Positions 10,167 to 21,690 are shown, numbered from the stretch's first letter. The stretch: 64,000 bases of DNA from Cenarchaeum sp. (GCA_963692915.1 OY843584.1:1344001-1408000); one strand, 5' to 3'. Program-made: numbers and translations. Notes: a model not told the origin generated them from the letters alone.

Positions 10167-10456
10167 TGGCAGTGCCAAAAATTGCCAATATAAAATGCCT
10201 GTGGGCTGATCGCAAAAGTTTCTCGCTTTCTGCCCCAATTATTGGCCGGAACGGGGACGGGCCTTGCGCTTTTGCCCTCCTCGTCCCCCCTCACTTGCGT
10301 GACTGCGATACGGTCCGGGGTCCGGTCGCGCCCCCTGCGATAATGTCCGGGCGCTAAACGCGTGAACCCTAGACTGCGCCAGTGCTGAATGCTCACCACA
10401 CGGAACTCCAAACGGGTCTGTAATCGAGAGGGGCCTGCTCCCCCTTGCAGGAACGC

Positions 10457-13400
10457 CTATTCGCGTACCGAGTCTAGTATGCGCTCGGCGAGGTTGATCT
10501 CTTGGGCGATGTCATCGCTCAGGCGCTCTAGGCGCGGAATGACGACCATGTCCTCGTATGGCGAGGCGACTGCCTCGGGCACGTCATCAACCTCTATGGC
10601 GACGCCCATCTCGGCCATGATCTCCATGGCGATCTTTTCCTGGCGATCGAGCTCCATGGCAAAGAGGTCCGAGGAGCGCTCGGCGCCATGCGTGCGTATG
10701 CGCGCATCGGCGTACATTGCGTCGTCTATCTCGTGGTGTAGCGAGTAGAGGTTGCGCAGCGGCGCGTACGTCCCGTCTGGCGTGAGGCGCCAGACCGAAT
10801 AGTTCTCGTCTAGCATGTACGTGACGTGGCGCTCGTCATAGTCGTATATCCCGTCGCCGTCCTCATCAACGTGGGCCGATATGAGCGGAAAGAGGACGAG
10901 CTCGCCGCCGTTGACCTCGACTCCGCGCGACGGGTTTAGCGACTCGCCGTCGACGTGAACGCCGTGGTTGAAAAAGTTCTGCCACGAGTTTAGCCTCGTG
11001 TCCCAGATGCTCGTCGAGACGACATCAAAGTCAAGGGGCTCGCGGAACGTGTGGTATATCGTGACCTCGAGGCACTCGGCCACGCTGCCGCGCATGCAGT
11101 CAGTCCTTTCTGCCGTCGCGCGCAGCGTTTCTGCGTCTATGGCACCCGATGCGTCATCGAGTGAGACAGAGAGCGCTCCGGTGTGGGAGATGTCAACGCT
11201 GATGCCGGCTTCAGACTCGGCAAAGTGCTGCCCGCGGCCAAGGCCAAAGGCCAGGCCAGCGTGGGCGATCCTCGAGACGCCGCTGTCCTCGTATATCTTT
11301 AGCACGGCGACGTTCTCGACGCCCGTCTCGACCTCTATGAGCGGCATGGGCGTGTAATAGTACTCTACGTCATGGACCTCGCCGTTGTACGTGAACCCTC
11401 CGGCGACCCTGCGCTCTCCGGTCGAGTCGATGCCTAGCGTCGGTGACGTGCAGTCATCACAGCCCGAGCCGCCCCTGCTGAGCTGCTGCGAGCTGGCGCC
11501 AAAGGGCGTAAAGTGGTTCGTCCATATGTATAGCGTGTCGCTGCCGCGCACATAGCACTCTTGGTTGCCCATATCGTTTGTGTCGCCGGTGACGCCCATG
11601 TGCGGGCCGACATCTGAGGGGTCAGCCATGTCGACACTCGAGTCTTCGCACTCGTCTATGGCGTGCAACACGTCATCTGTTCTCGTCATCGTGTCAGTGC
11701 CCTCGATGTAATAGACATAGAGCGAGCTCTCTGCGCCACGAATACCAATCCTTGCCGGCTCGGAGAGCTGCACGGTGCGCTCGGCGCTTCCCGCGTCAAC
11801 TACGGTCAGCGGTGCCCTAGTCGCCAGCGCCCTAGTCGCGCGCTCAGAGTCGTCCTCGTACCGCTCGTTCTCTAGGAGGGTCGTATAGTACTCTGTGGTT
11901 CCCGTCTCGTGCTCGGCTTCGCGCTCGAGGAGGGCCAGCATGGGCACGTCTGCCAGATCTGTGGGATCGTCAAGGCCCAAGGCCTCTGTGTCTTGCGCGA
12001 GCAGGACCTCCACGTTTGGCGCTTGCGACGGCGTGTACAGGATGGTGTCTGAGAGCATGCCGCCTGCGGCAGTCAGGCCAGTGCCGCCCAGGCTGACGAT
12101 GGGATCGCCGTTACCGGAGCCCGAGATGGGCACGGGGCTTGCGCCGAGGAAATCAAGCTCGTTCAAGTCAAATCCGCTGACCCCCAGTACGTTGCCCGAG
12201 GGGTCTGGGCGCGCCGGCGGCTGATCCCACGAAATTGGATTGTGTGACAGGTCAGTTAGGGACGTCGCGTCGGCAGTCCCGCTTCCCTGGTCAAAATTGA
12301 TCTCAAAGCGTCCACCTGCGGGATGGGTACTAGGCATTGGACAGACTAGTTCAGAATTCTCAATGTCGCAGATTGGATGCCCCCCGGTATCGACGATTGT
12401 GTTCATCAAGAGCGTGCCGCTGGCAAGATCGATGTGTACTGCTGAGAGGGTGTCGTTGCGGTATAGCCGAATCGTGGACGTGTCGAGTGCGTCGGCCTCG
12501 TCATAGTACAGGGCGAGCCACGGATCAGAGTTGCCCATGCTATCGGTTCTCACGAGGACTGCTGCGTTCGTCACGCTCGGGGGCACGTTGTCCATGCGAA
12601 CCTCGTCTTCAAGGATCATCAGCATAGCCTCGTTGCCTGCCTCATCAGCCTGCATGAGGATACTTGGCTTGTAGACTGCATCGAGCAGCTCCATGTCTGC
12701 CCTTTCAGGAACCGTGAACTCGTGGGTCCACTTCATCATATCGCTGCCGTCGACCTCTGTCATCACCGGCTCGGGGATGCGGAACTCTGCGGACACGCGT
12801 GCGCCGGCCTCACCGAGTGTTGAGCCAGTGCCCATTACGCTCGGCGCCATCAGGATGGGCTCGTTAAACGTCACCATTGTTGTGATCGTGTCACCGGCCT
12901 TTGACCTGTCCGTCGCGCGCGTTGGATACGTTGTTTGATCTATGGTGACGGAGCTGGCAGTTATCACCGGCGCCGTGTTGTCGACCCTAAAGCCAAGACC
13001 CGCAGTCGAATCGTCCAGGTCGGCCGGATCGTTTGAGAGCGTCGTGGATCGCCCATACTTGTCCATGACGGTGATGGTCCAGTCCACAGCATTGAATCCC
13101 TCCGCATGACCTTCAGGTATCACCGAGGTCGCAACATATGGGTCACTAGACGTGCCCGTTCCGCTCAGCGACGTGGCCGCAGTGTCCGTAAAGAACGTAA
13201 TGTCGTCCTTGTCAAAGCCCACGAGGCGCTCGGGGGTCTCGTCCATGGTGAACGTCAGGGCGATCCCGCCGCCATCGCGGCCGACGCTTGACGTGTACTC
13301 GCCCGTGCTGCCAGCGAGCCTGCCCATCAGTGACTGTTCTGTGATTACAGGCGCCCTCGTGTCGACCCTGACGATGGCGTTGCCGTCTGTGTATGTGCTC

Positions 13401-16400
13401 CTGTGCGTATAGATGGCAACGTTGTCCTCTGCATCAGAGACGCGGATGCCAAATGGCACGTCTGCGCCAGCGACCCAGTTGCGAGCCGACTCGCCAGGGA
13501 AGTTGGGCGTGGCTGGCCAGTCGAAATGCCACATCCTGTCATTGCCAGTCTCCGTGCGTACCATGGGCCATATCCTCTTCTCGGCGCGCTCAGACTCCGC
13601 CGGCACCGTCGTGAATGAAGTGAGCGTAGTAAAGAGCGCGATCGTAGGAACCGTGCCGGTCTTTTGATCCTCGTCGAGCGTAACGGCGAACCTTACGTCT
13701 ACGACGGCGGGGTCTTCTGCTCGCGCAAACTGGCGGTCAGGAATAGGCAGCATCTCGGTGGCCGTTGTGGTGACTGCGGTTGATATCGTCATGACGCGCG
13801 GCGGAGTCGAGTCCATCGTACGGGCACTGACCATCGTAGGAGCCACATTGTCGTACATGTCGGCAATGTCATTCGTGCCGACATAGTGAACCACGGGGCG
13901 CAGGTCTGGCGTTGCTGCTGCCCTGTTGGGATCCAGACCCGTGAGGCCGCTTAGAGTCACCGTGAGTTGCGAGTTTGTGTCAATGTGTTTTTGGGCTTCC
14001 GGAAAGTCTTCGTGCATCTCTACATCTAGGATGTGGTTTGGCGCACCGAACGCGAAAAATTCCGGCTGGACGAACGCCCCGAACGAGTGGGAGACTGTTG
14101 GCGTGACCCAGTCATCATCTGTGTCAACGTTGTCCATCATGTCCTCTGGCGACGTGTCCACACGCCAGTCGCTGGCATCAAGCACGGCACCTGTCATGAG
14201 CTTGACAGGCTCCCTGTAGATGACCTCGATCGTAGTCTCTGAGGTCACGCCGGCTATGAACTCGGGGGCAGTCGAGTCATGGACGACGATAAACTGGCCG
14301 TGGGGGGGCTCGTGGGGCGTTATGTAGGTGTTGCCAGCCACGTCAGCTATTCCAACGGGGTTATTCGATGTAAGACATATCCACCCAATGCGCTGGTCGA
14401 CTTTCACATCCCTGGCTCCCGGACCGGCGGTGCGCAACGTGTTGCCGTCATTGCCTAGATGTGTTGACCCATCAGCGTTGAGGGCGAGGCTGGTTGAGGT
14501 CGGGAGCCAGTCGGTGCCCGTAAAGCAGGCAGTGTCTGCACGCACTGCAGCACGATTGCCCGAAGGTGATGAGCCCTCGAGCTGGAGGTTTGCGCGCAGG
14601 GACGGGTTCGTTGCGGCCGTGCCGAGGGCATCACCTGCCATGCCGCTAGTGGTCACCGAGGCGGGAGACAGCGCCTCGCTGAACTCGAGAACTATTGCCT
14701 CCATGTCGTTGCCCGTCGTCAACGGCGTGAGGTCCCCGCGCGTGGGCAGGCCAACAAGGCGCGGGCTGATGCCGTCGGCGACTTCGAGCTCGTCGGCGAT
14801 GCCAATCGTCATGGCCGACAGGGCGCCGACTTCTGAGGCGATGCGGCCGAAGTTCGATGTCGTCGGATCATACTCGATGTACGGAGTCGACGCCGTGCTC
14901 GAGAGGGAGTCGTGCGAGATGCGCACGACGCCTATATCCTCGACGGAGGCGCCTGTTACCCTCACGCTCGGCCCGTCCCCAGGGCTGGCCGCGTCCGGAT
15001 CGTCATCGCTGAGCGACCAGTGGGCGGATCGCAGCGTAGAGGAGCCGGGCGTGATCCTGACAGGCTCGCTGAACGTGACGAGCGTATAGTCGCTGTGAAC
15101 GTCGTCGGCGGGGTCATCTGGGTTGGCGCCCCTCGAGGTGAGCTCGGAGGCAGTTATTGCCGAGAGTATCTCTGGGGGAGCCGCGTCGGTGGCGAGGCCG
15201 CCCTCGTTTTGGGCGAGTCCTATGCCAAACTCGTTGCGGATCTCGGACGTCGAGGCGGTGTACGTGACAAAGACCTTTTTTGTCGTGTCGCCAATGTTCG
15301 CGTCAGCCGGATCGAGTGTGAGCGTGAGCATGTTGCTAGCGAGCGCCGAGACGGCCGTGACGGCAATGTCATCAGTCGTCGCCGACGTGCGTGCAGTCGG
15401 TGTCGCGTCAGCGGCGACGAGCTCGGCGGCCCAGTTTGTGAAGTCCAGGTTCGCGGGGGTGACGCCTATGCGCTCGACTGTGGAGCCAAAGGTGATGAGC
15501 ACCTTGTCCTGCGCAGTCGTCACGCCGCTAAACGTTGGTCCGGGCGGAGTGGGCACCGATATGTCCTGCGTGTCAGGCAGGCGCTCCATGACCGCATCCA
15601 TTATTGACGCCGTGGCTGAGGACGTGATCCTGACGGTGTGCATGGTGTTGGCGAGGTCTGCGGCGATCGGTATCGTGACAGTCGCCGGCGTCGATGATGT
15701 TGCCGCCGTGTATGTCGGCGCCGTCGAGGAGGCCAGGTTCGTCGCGGTGTCGGCTATCGTGTACACCTCGTACGTGATGCCCGTGCGCGTTGGGTCGGCG
15801 GTGGGCGCCTCGGCGAACGTGAGCGTTATCTCGCGCAGGGCCGTAATCGCAGCAGTCGGGATCGGCGGCGCGCCGTCAGTGGCTAGGGCCGCCGTGTTCT
15901 GCGCGAGGTTGCGCGCCAGCGTGGCCGCTGGAGGGGAAGAGACGATCTCGGACGTCGAGGCCGTGTACGTGATAAAGACCTTTTTTGCCGTGTTGCCAAT
16001 GTTCGCGTCAGCCGGATCGAGTGTGAGCGTGAGCATGTCATTGGCGAGCGTCGAGACGGCCATGACGGCAATGTCATCAGTCGTCGTCGGCGTGCGTGCA
16101 GTCGGTGTCGCGTCAGCTGCGACGAGCTCGGCGGCCCAGTTTGCGACGTTCAGGGGGGTGGCGTCGACGCGAGCCACTGACTCGGAGAATTCCAAGTCCA
16201 CCGTGTTGATGCTCGTAGTCGTCGCAGTAAAGGTCGGCGGCTGCGGCAGGGTGAGGCCGGTGATAAAGGCCGGCTTTACAATGATGTTTGTCGCCGGTAT
16301 GTTAGGGCTCGCGGGGACGGTTCCGTGCTCGTTGCGGTCATACCACGTGAGTGGCGCAACGGCGCCGGTCGGTCCCAGGGTGTCGGTGACCGGGCCGCCC

Positions 16401-19400
16401 GAGTGGATCCTGGCTGTGTACTCGGCGTCGGTGGGCATGCTAGACAGTGCAGCGCGGACTGATGCCGGTGCCGATGATGTTGCCGGCGTGTATGTGGTGG
16501 GTTGCTGAATGATGCTATCTGCGGGTGCGCCTCCGGTCAAGTATATATCGTACGAGGTTGACGTGCCATACGCCCCGATTGGCTCTTGGTATGTGAATGT
16601 CGCCTCGGTCAGGGACGTAAACGCCACAGTCGGCAGCGGCGGCGTCGCGTCCACGAGACGCGCGTTGGCAGTCGCAGGGGCAAGGTTGCCGTACATGTCA
16701 ATCACGTCCGAAGAGCCATCGGCGATATAGTGGATCGTCGGTCGCAGATCGGTGGCTGCTGACTTTAGGTTGGGATCCAGGTCCGTAAAGCCGCCCAGCG
16801 TTATCGTGAGGCGCGTGCCGTCGATCGGCTCAAAGTCGTCACGATTGCCGTCGCGGCCGTACGCCCAATAGTACGGATTGTCAAACTCGTCAAACTCGTG
16901 TGAGATTGTATCCGGCGTGACCCAGTTGGCGCTCGTGTCATCGTTGTCAGTGCTGACGTTGGGCGTCAGGTCGAGGCGCCACTCTGCGGCATCTAGCGTG
17001 GCGCCATCGACGAGCTTTACTGGCTCCCTGTACAGCACATCCACCGTTGTCTCCGAGCGCGCGGCGGCCAAAAATTCCGGTCCTGTCTTGTCTAGCACGA
17101 CGTTGAACATGCCATAAGCGCCGCGCGTGGCGGGGTCGTAGAGGTGGAAGTTGTCGCGGTCAGCTCGGTACGCAGCCGCGCTACCGCCATCGGCCACAAA
17201 GGCGGCCTGACCGTCCAGCGGCATGCTATCATCCAAGTTTGTCACATAATAGTTGTCGGCCGTGTCTTGTGGTCTCGCAGTCTCCGTTATGCAAAATCCG
17301 GTGACTTCTTGGGGATCATTTCGCGTGTTAGACGGGGCAGCAAAGACATACCTCACAAAGTTGCCATCGGCACCAAGATACGGATCCACTGTGGTGTCAG
17401 TTGTCGTGAATGTCGCCCCGCTATCCGCCGACCTGAGTATGCCGTACGACGTGGCCAGCCAGGAAGTGCCTGACTCGCAGTTGTTGTGGTGCAGCTCTTG
17501 CGAGCCTGAAAGAGCCCTCTGCGATCCTGGAACCATGGAGGTTGCGACCTGCAGCTGATGGGAGATGTAGGCGAGCTCGGTGGCATCGCCCAAACTGTCA
17601 GGATCAATCTCCTCGCTGAACGTAAAGCCAATGGCCAGCCTGTCATTGTCTGCCGTGCCCGGCGTAGAGTCTGCGGCAGTGGGGTACTCTGTCAGGCGCG
17701 GCGGTATGCCGTCTACTGCACCCACGGCTGACGTAAATGTCGCGAGTCTCTCTGTCTCGCCGGAGATGTTTATGCTGCCCTGGAGTGCGCCCTGGGTGTA
17801 CAGGACTGTCGGCGTCTCGCCGGTGCTCGGGAGGTTGCTGGCAAGATTGAGGCGAACCGTCGTGCTAGGCTGGCCGGGCATTTCTGCCACCAGCACCACG
17901 TCTGAGACAGTCACGGCCGTTCCGCTGTCATCTGTCACGGTCCAGTGCGCCACGCGCTGGGCCACCGTGCCTGACCTGATCTGGACTAGCCTTGTGAGCT
18001 CTACGTCAATGTACTCGTCGTACGTGTTGTCAGCAGGGTCGCGCTGGCCGCCTATGTCAGTCAGCACGGCGCCAGTCGTGATGCTGTTGACTCCAAACGT
18101 GAGGCCGTTGACCGTGTCTATGACCGTGTCGTCGACGAGCTCATTGTCCGCACCGTCGGTGATGCGTCCGTTATCCGAGCCGACCGGGGCGGTGAGCTCG
18201 CGGTCGTACGTTACGTCCGGCACGTCAGTTGCCCCCCACGCGTCTGCGCTAGCCACGGTGAGCGTGACTGTGGAGCCGTCTATGGCCACGCCGGTGACAG
18301 CCGTGTCAGTCGAGCCCAGCGTGGTCTTCCAGTGCGCGTTCTGTTGCGCAGCAGTGGCGCTAGAGCTCTTGAACTCTACGGCCTCGCTGAGCGTCACGTC
18401 GATCGTCGTAGTCGATCTCGTCCTAGCCGAGAGGATAAGGGGTAAATAGTCGTCACTCGCCTCGACTGTGCGCATGGGGACTCGGGGCAGATCCGCCAGG
18501 TCTCCAGCTATGTTGGGAACCAGCGTCGTGCCTGTGTACGAGACGCGGTACACCTCTGCAGGGTCGGCGCTAAAGCCGCCAAGCGTTGCTGTATCTGATG
18601 GGTTGGTAAACGTCACAGTCCCGATGGTAATTCCGGGAATGTCAAAGTCTGACACTGGCACCATCGTTGACGCTGGCTGGACCTGTACACGGGCGCTAAA
18701 CGTCACGGTTATCTCTGAAGCGCCCGCTGCCGTCCTAGTGTGCGAGGCCGACAGCGGAATCGGCGTGGCCGAGGAGGCAATTGGGCTGCCTGACGGTGTG
18801 GTGGGCAGGTCGGCGCCGCTGAGGGACTCGATCGACGCGGTCACTGGGGCATACCTGACTGTCGGAAGCACCGTACTGCCGACTGCATCTGCAGGAGCGA
18901 GCGTGAGGTCTGCAAAGTTAAACCCATAATCCGCGGCACTTGGCGACACGATATTGTCAGTCGAGTCGCCCGGCGACGTCTCGATCGACCAGTCGGCAGG
19001 GGCTCGCGTCTGGCCCGGAATCTGCCTCACCTCCTCGCTGAACGTGACCATGAGGCGCGTGTTTGAGAGCTTGTTGACCGTGAACGTTGGTGGATTTGTT
19101 GGCGCCGTCAACGTGACATCGCCCACGGCGCGCTTGCCGGCCGGTCCGCCCGCGGCGACTAGGGTCCCAAAGTCAATCGTGTAAGCACTGCCGCCCGTGG
19201 CCGGTGCGGCGAGGTTTATCTCGAGTGTCGGGTGGAGGAACGGGTGGCGAGGATGGCTGGCCTTGGGGGGCGTGTGGGCCGTGAACGTCGGCGGGCTAGT
19301 GGTGCTCAGCGCCACATTAGCGCCGCCTGAATCCGCGACTGTGATGCCGGTGGCCTCTATGACGGCCGGAACCACTCCCGCCGCGCTTGTGCGCATGCCT

Positions 19401-20914
19401 GAAGGCGTCGCCATCTCCTCGCTGAGTGTCACGAGAATCGTGTCGCTGTCCGTAAACTCGGCAATGCCCACAGGCGAGGCGTTATCCGTGGCCAGCACGC
19501 TGGTTCTGTTTTGCACGATAATTGAGCTTGAAACCCCAAAGGTGGGGATTGTGTGCGTGTGCGCTATGAGCGGCGTAGACGTCAGGAACCTTTTGGCGTT
19601 CTCCCCCGTAAAGCCCAGATCCAGTGTGGTGGATCCCTCAGTAAAGGTAAAGCTCGATGCTATGACCGCTAGGTTTGGGTACTCTGCGGTGGGATCGACG
19701 GTGTTAATTCCCCTACCGTTGATGTCAATCCCCCTACTGGTCTGGGCGGTATCATATCTCTTAATATTGGCATCTACGGCCAGCGAATCGCCATATGCGT
19801 GGATGTAAAAGTCGGCGATACGGTCTAATGCGCCTCCCGCAACTCTTGAACTATGGCTTGATAGGTCCGACCTGACGCCCGTGTCGAACGTTATCCTGAG
19901 TATGCCGCCGTCCCTCACCTCGGCCATGAACGTCGGCACGATTCTCACAGTGGCGGTGATACCGTTGGATCCCGTCACCATCGCGACAAGGTTATCGCTG
20001 GGATCGGAGAGGCCTGTGCCGGTGTACGTTATCATCGGCGTCGCGGCAGCCGACAGGCCAGAGTGCGTGAGCGTGAAAGCAGTTTGGGACACAGCCGTCT
20101 CCGGCGAGACTCCGCTCACCGTGGCGCCGGTGACGCCCCAATCGCTGGCACTAGTTGTCCCTTTGACCGACTCGGTGAACGTTACTACAACAGTCGACGT
20201 GGTCCTAGTCTCGGCCGTGAACGTCGGTGCGATCCCGTCGGTGGCGTGGACTTCATTACTCCCCACGGTTGCGACGGTGTTCGTTGCACCATCCTGGAGC
20301 GTCGTACCGCTGTACGTTATTTCCGGCTGCGCGCCAGGACCCACCGTGGCCGAGTGCGTGATCACAAACTCGGTGACGCCTGTGGAGGGGGACGTCGGCG
20401 TGATTCCGCTCACCGTGGTGGATTGGACGCCCCACTCGGTGTGCGTAGTTGTCCCGGTGACGGCCTCGTCGAACATTATGGTAGTAGTCGTCGTGGATGT
20501 AGTCTCGGCCGTGAGCGTCGGTGCGGCTCCGTCAGTGGCCCGGAGGTTATCTTCTAACGCCACGGTCGCGACGGGGGTCATTCCAGTAGAATCCGAGAGA
20601 CCCGTGCCGCTGTACGTTATGCGCGGCGTCGCGTCAGCCGACAGGCCAGAGTGCGTGATCAGTATCCTAGTCGCACTAGCTTCGATGTTCATCACCGTGG
20701 CGCCTTCGACGCCCCACTCGGTGGCCGCAGTCATCCCGAGGAGGGACCCGCTGGGCGTTATGACGACAGTCGTCGTGCTCGAAGTCGCGGCCGTGAGCGT
20801 TGGCGCCGCCGGCGTCTGCGCCCACGCGTCTGGCACTGCGGCAACTACTGTGGCCATAGCCAGCGCCACAACCATGATCGCCATGGATACCGCTCCCATC
20901 ACGGCACGCCTCAC
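10457..20914 (-). CDS. Giant (3485 aa) secreted/surface protein with tandem Ig-like beta-sandwich repeats
   Basis: N-terminal signal peptide (MRR + hydrophobic stretch, AWA/Q); Thr/Asp-rich; recurring APT...vtFSEpV...W...P.v.Y units; DEDGDG Ca-binding-like motif near C-terminus. Confidence 0.88.
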   Translation of the reverse strand: MRRAVMGAVSMAIMVVALAMATVVAAVPDAWAQTPAAPTLTAATSSTTTVVITPSGSLLGMTAATEWGVEGATVMNIEASATRILITHSGLSADATPRITYSGTGLSDSTGMTPVATVALEDNLRATDGAAPTLTAETTSTTTTTIMFDEAVTGTTTHTEWGVQSTTVSGITPTSPSTGVTEFVITHSATVGPGAQPEITYSGTTLQDGATNTVATVGSNEVHATDGIAPTFTAETRTTSTVVVTFTESVKGTTSASDWGVTGATVSGVSPETAVSQTAFTLTHSGLSAAATPMITYTGTGLSDPSDNLVAMVTGSNGITATVRIVPTFMAEVRDGGILRITFDTGVRSDLSSHSSRVAGGALDRIADFYIHAYGDSLAVDANIKRYDTAQTSRGIDINGRGINTVDPTAEYPNLAVIASSFTFTEGSTTLDLGFTGENAKRFLTSTPLIAHTHTIPTFGVSSSIIVQNRTSVLATDNASPVGIAEFTDSDTILVTLSEEMATPSGMRTSAAGVVPAVIEATGITVADSGGANVALSTTSPPTFTAHTPPKASHPRHPFLHPTLEINLAAPATGGSAYTIDFGTLVAAGGPAGKRAVGDVTLTAPTNPPTFTVNKLSNTRLMVTFSEEVRQIPGQTRAPADWSIETSPGDSTDNIVSPSAADYGFNFADLTLAPADAVGSTVLPTVRYAPVTASIESLSGADLPTTPSGSPIASSATPIPLSASHTRTAAGASEITVTFSARVQVQPASTMVPVSDFDIPGITIGTVTFTNPSDTATLGGFSADPAEVYRVSYTGTTLVPNIAGDLADLPRVPMRTVEASDDYLPLILSARTRSTTTIDVTLSEAVEFKSSSATAAQQNAHWKTTLGSTDTAVTGVAIDGSTVTLTVASADAWGATDVPDVTYDRELTAPVGSDNGRITDGADNELVDDTVIDTVNGLTFGVNSITTGAVLTDIGGQRDPADNTYDEYIDVELTRLVQIRSGTVAQRVAHWTVTDDSGTAVTVSDVVLVAEMPGQPSTTVRLNLASNLPSTGETPTVLYTQGALQGSINISGETERLATFTSAVGAVDGIPPRLTEYPTAADSTPGTADNDRLAIGFTFSEEIDPDSLGDATELAYISHQLQVATSMVPGSQRALSGSQELHHNNCESGTSWLATSYGILRSADSGATFTTTDTTVDPYLGADGNFVRYVFAAPSNTRNDPQEVTGFCITETARPQDTADNYYVTNLDDSMPLDGQAAFVADGGSAAAYRADRDNFHLYDPATRGAYGMFNVVLDKTGPEFLAAARSETTVDVLYREPVKLVDGATLDAAEWRLDLTPNVSTDNDDTSANWVTPDTISHEFDEFDNPYYWAYGRDGNRDDFEPIDGTRLTITLGGFTDLDPNLKSAATDLRPTIHYIADGSSDVIDMYGNLAPATANARLVDATPPLPTVAFTSLTEATFTYQEPIGAYGTSTSYDIYLTGGAPADSIIQQPTTYTPATSSAPASVRAALSSMPTDAEYTARIHSGGPVTDTLGPTGAVAPLTWYDRNEHGTVPASPNIPATNIIVKPAFITGLTLPQPPTFTATTTSINTVDLEFSESVARVDATPLNVANWAAELVAADATPTARTPTTTDDIAVMAVSTLANDMLTLTLDPADANIGNTAKKVFITYTASTSEIVSSPPAATLARNLAQNTAALATDGAPPIPTAAITALREITLTFAEAPTADPTRTGITYEVYTIADTATNLASSTAPTYTAATSSTPATVTIPIAADLANTMHTVRITSSATASIMDAVMERLPDTQDISVPTPPGPTFSGVTTAQDKVLITFGSTVERIGVTPANLDFTNWAAELVAADATPTARTSATTDDIAVTAVSALASNMLTLTLDPADANIGDTTKKVFVTYTASTSEIRNEFGIGLAQNEGGLATDAAPPEILSAITASELTSRGANPDDPADDVHSDYTLVTFSEPVRITPGSSTLRSAHWSLSDDDPDAASPGDGPSVRVTGASVEDIGVVRISHDSLSSTASTPYIEYDPTTSNFGRIASEVGALSAMTIGIADELEVADGISPRLVGLPTRGDLTPLTTGNDMEAIVLEFSEALSPASVTTSGMAGDALGTAATNPSLRANLQLEGSSPSGNRAAVRADTACFTGTDWLPTSTSLALNADGSTHLGNDGNTLRTAGPGARDVKVDQRIGWICLTSNNPVGIADVAGNTYITPHEPPHGQFIVVHDSTAPEFIAGVTSETTIEVIYREPVKLMTGAVLDASDWRVDTSPEDMMDNVDTDDDWVTPTVSHSFGAFVQPEFFAFGAPNHILDVEMHEDFPEAQKHIDTNSQLTVTLSGLTGLDPNRAAATPDLRPVVHYVGTNDIADMYDNVAPTMVSARTMDSTPPRVMTISTAVTTTATEMLPIPDRQFARAEDPAVVDVRFAVTLDEDQKTGTVPTIALFTTLTSFTTVPAESERAEKRIWPMVRTETGNDRMWHFDWPATPNFPGESARNWVAGADVPFGIRVSDAEDNVAIYTHRSTYTDGNAIVRVDTRAPVITEQSLMGRLAGSTGEYTSSVGRDGGGIALTFTMDETPERLVGFDKDDITFFTDTAATSLSGTGTSSDPYVATSVIPEGHAEGFNAVDWTITVMDKYGRSTTLSNDPADLDDSTAGLGFRVDNTAPVITASSVTIDQTTYPTRATDRSKAGDTITTMVTFNEPILMAPSVMGTGSTLGEAGARVSAEFRIPEPVMTEVDGSDMMKWTHEFTVPERADMELLDAVYKPSILMQADEAGNEAMLMILEDEVRMDNVPPSVTNAAVLVRTDSMGNSDPWLALYYDEADALDTSTIRLYRNDTLSAVHIDLASGTLLMNTIVDTGGHPICDIENSELVCPMPSTHPAGGRFEINFDQGSGTADATSLTDLSHNPISWDQPPARPDPSGNVLGVSGFDLNELDFLGASPVPISGSGNGDPIVSLGGTGLTAAGGMLSDTILYTPSQAPNVEVLLAQDTEALGLDDPTDLADVPMLALLEREAEHETGTTEYYTTLLENERYEDDSERATRALATRAPLTVVDAGSAERTVQLSEPARIGIRGAESSLYVYYIEGTDTMTRTDDVLHAIDECEDSSVDMADPSDVGPHMGVTGDTNDMGNQECYVRGSDTLYIWTNHFTPFGASSQQLSRGGSGCDDCTSPTLGIDSTGERRVAGGFTYNGEVHDVEYYYTPMPLIEVETGVENVAVLKIYEDSGVSRIAHAGLAFGLGRGQHFAESEAGISVDISHTGALSVSLDDASGAIDAETLRATAERTDCMRGSVAECLEVTIYHTFREPLDFDVVSTSIWDTRLNSWQNFFNHGVHVDGESLNPSRGVEVNGGELVLFPLISAHVDEDGDGIYDYDERHVTYMLDENYSVWRLTPDGTYAPLRNLYSLHHEIDDAMYADARIRTHGAERSSDLFAMELDRQEKIAMEIMAEMGVAIEVDDVPEAVASPYEDMVVIPRLERLSDDIAQEINLAERILDSVRE

Positions 20915-21149
20915 ATTGTGAGTATATAATAATGTCGGTGCCTAGTGACGTGTGCCTTGCGCGGGTGGGCAGGGGGAGCAGTGCCCAACACGCTCCACGC
21001 CCACGGGGGGGAGCACGGCGGGGCAGGCAGGGCTCTACCCACGGGCAGCCCTGACACGGCCCCGGCCGGACACGGGAGGGCGGGGGGAGCCCCAGAGGCG
21101 CGCAGAGCCTGCCAGGGAGCACCCCCAGGGGGCGCATGACCGACCCAGG

Positions 21150-21690
21150 GCCTTTCCCCATGTGCGCGATATTGACGACTGCGCCATGCTCCCCAAAGAC
21201 CTCGAGGAACCGCGCATGGCGCCCCCCATAGTACAGCATCGCGCACAGCATCGCGCACGCCATCGGCGCGCCGTTACAGCCCTCCCGCCCGTTGACCAGG
21301 AACTTTGGACGCGTGTCGCGCAAAAAGCAGATCGCCGTCGCCCGACCAAACACAAGGCGCTTCCAGTGCCCCGTGTTGGTCGCAACGGGGACACGGGGGC
21401 CAGCACCTCCGAGCCACACTCGTCATGCGCGTCTGCGCACTTGCGCAGCCAGTCAGATATCCCTGTGCCATGTTTCCTGTCGGCGCCATAGGGGGGCTGA
21501 CATGGATCCTCGCACAGTCCCACGTGTGCTGCAGGCCGTCATCTCTAGGCGGCACGAGCTTCTTGTCGGCCTCCACTATCGAGTGCGGGCCCGAGCACGG
21601 GTCAAGGCAGATCGTGTCGCCAAACGCCCTGCAGACGGCATCAGCGTAGACTTTGGGCGTTCCCCAGTCCTTCCTTTTTGTGATCGCCAC
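21150..21690 (-). pseudogene. Frameshifted phage-Dam-like DNA N6-adenine methyltransferase
   Basis: Homologous to 32431-32970 but split over three frames (DWGTP..LDPC / PPYGAD..WLRKC / PVATNTGHW); 3' boundary approximate. Confidence 0.8.

Noticed and set aside
10968-20921. Many long + strand ORFs (up to 461 aa) opposite the giant gene
   Set aside because: Antisense shadows of a GC-rich, Thr/Asp-rich CDS
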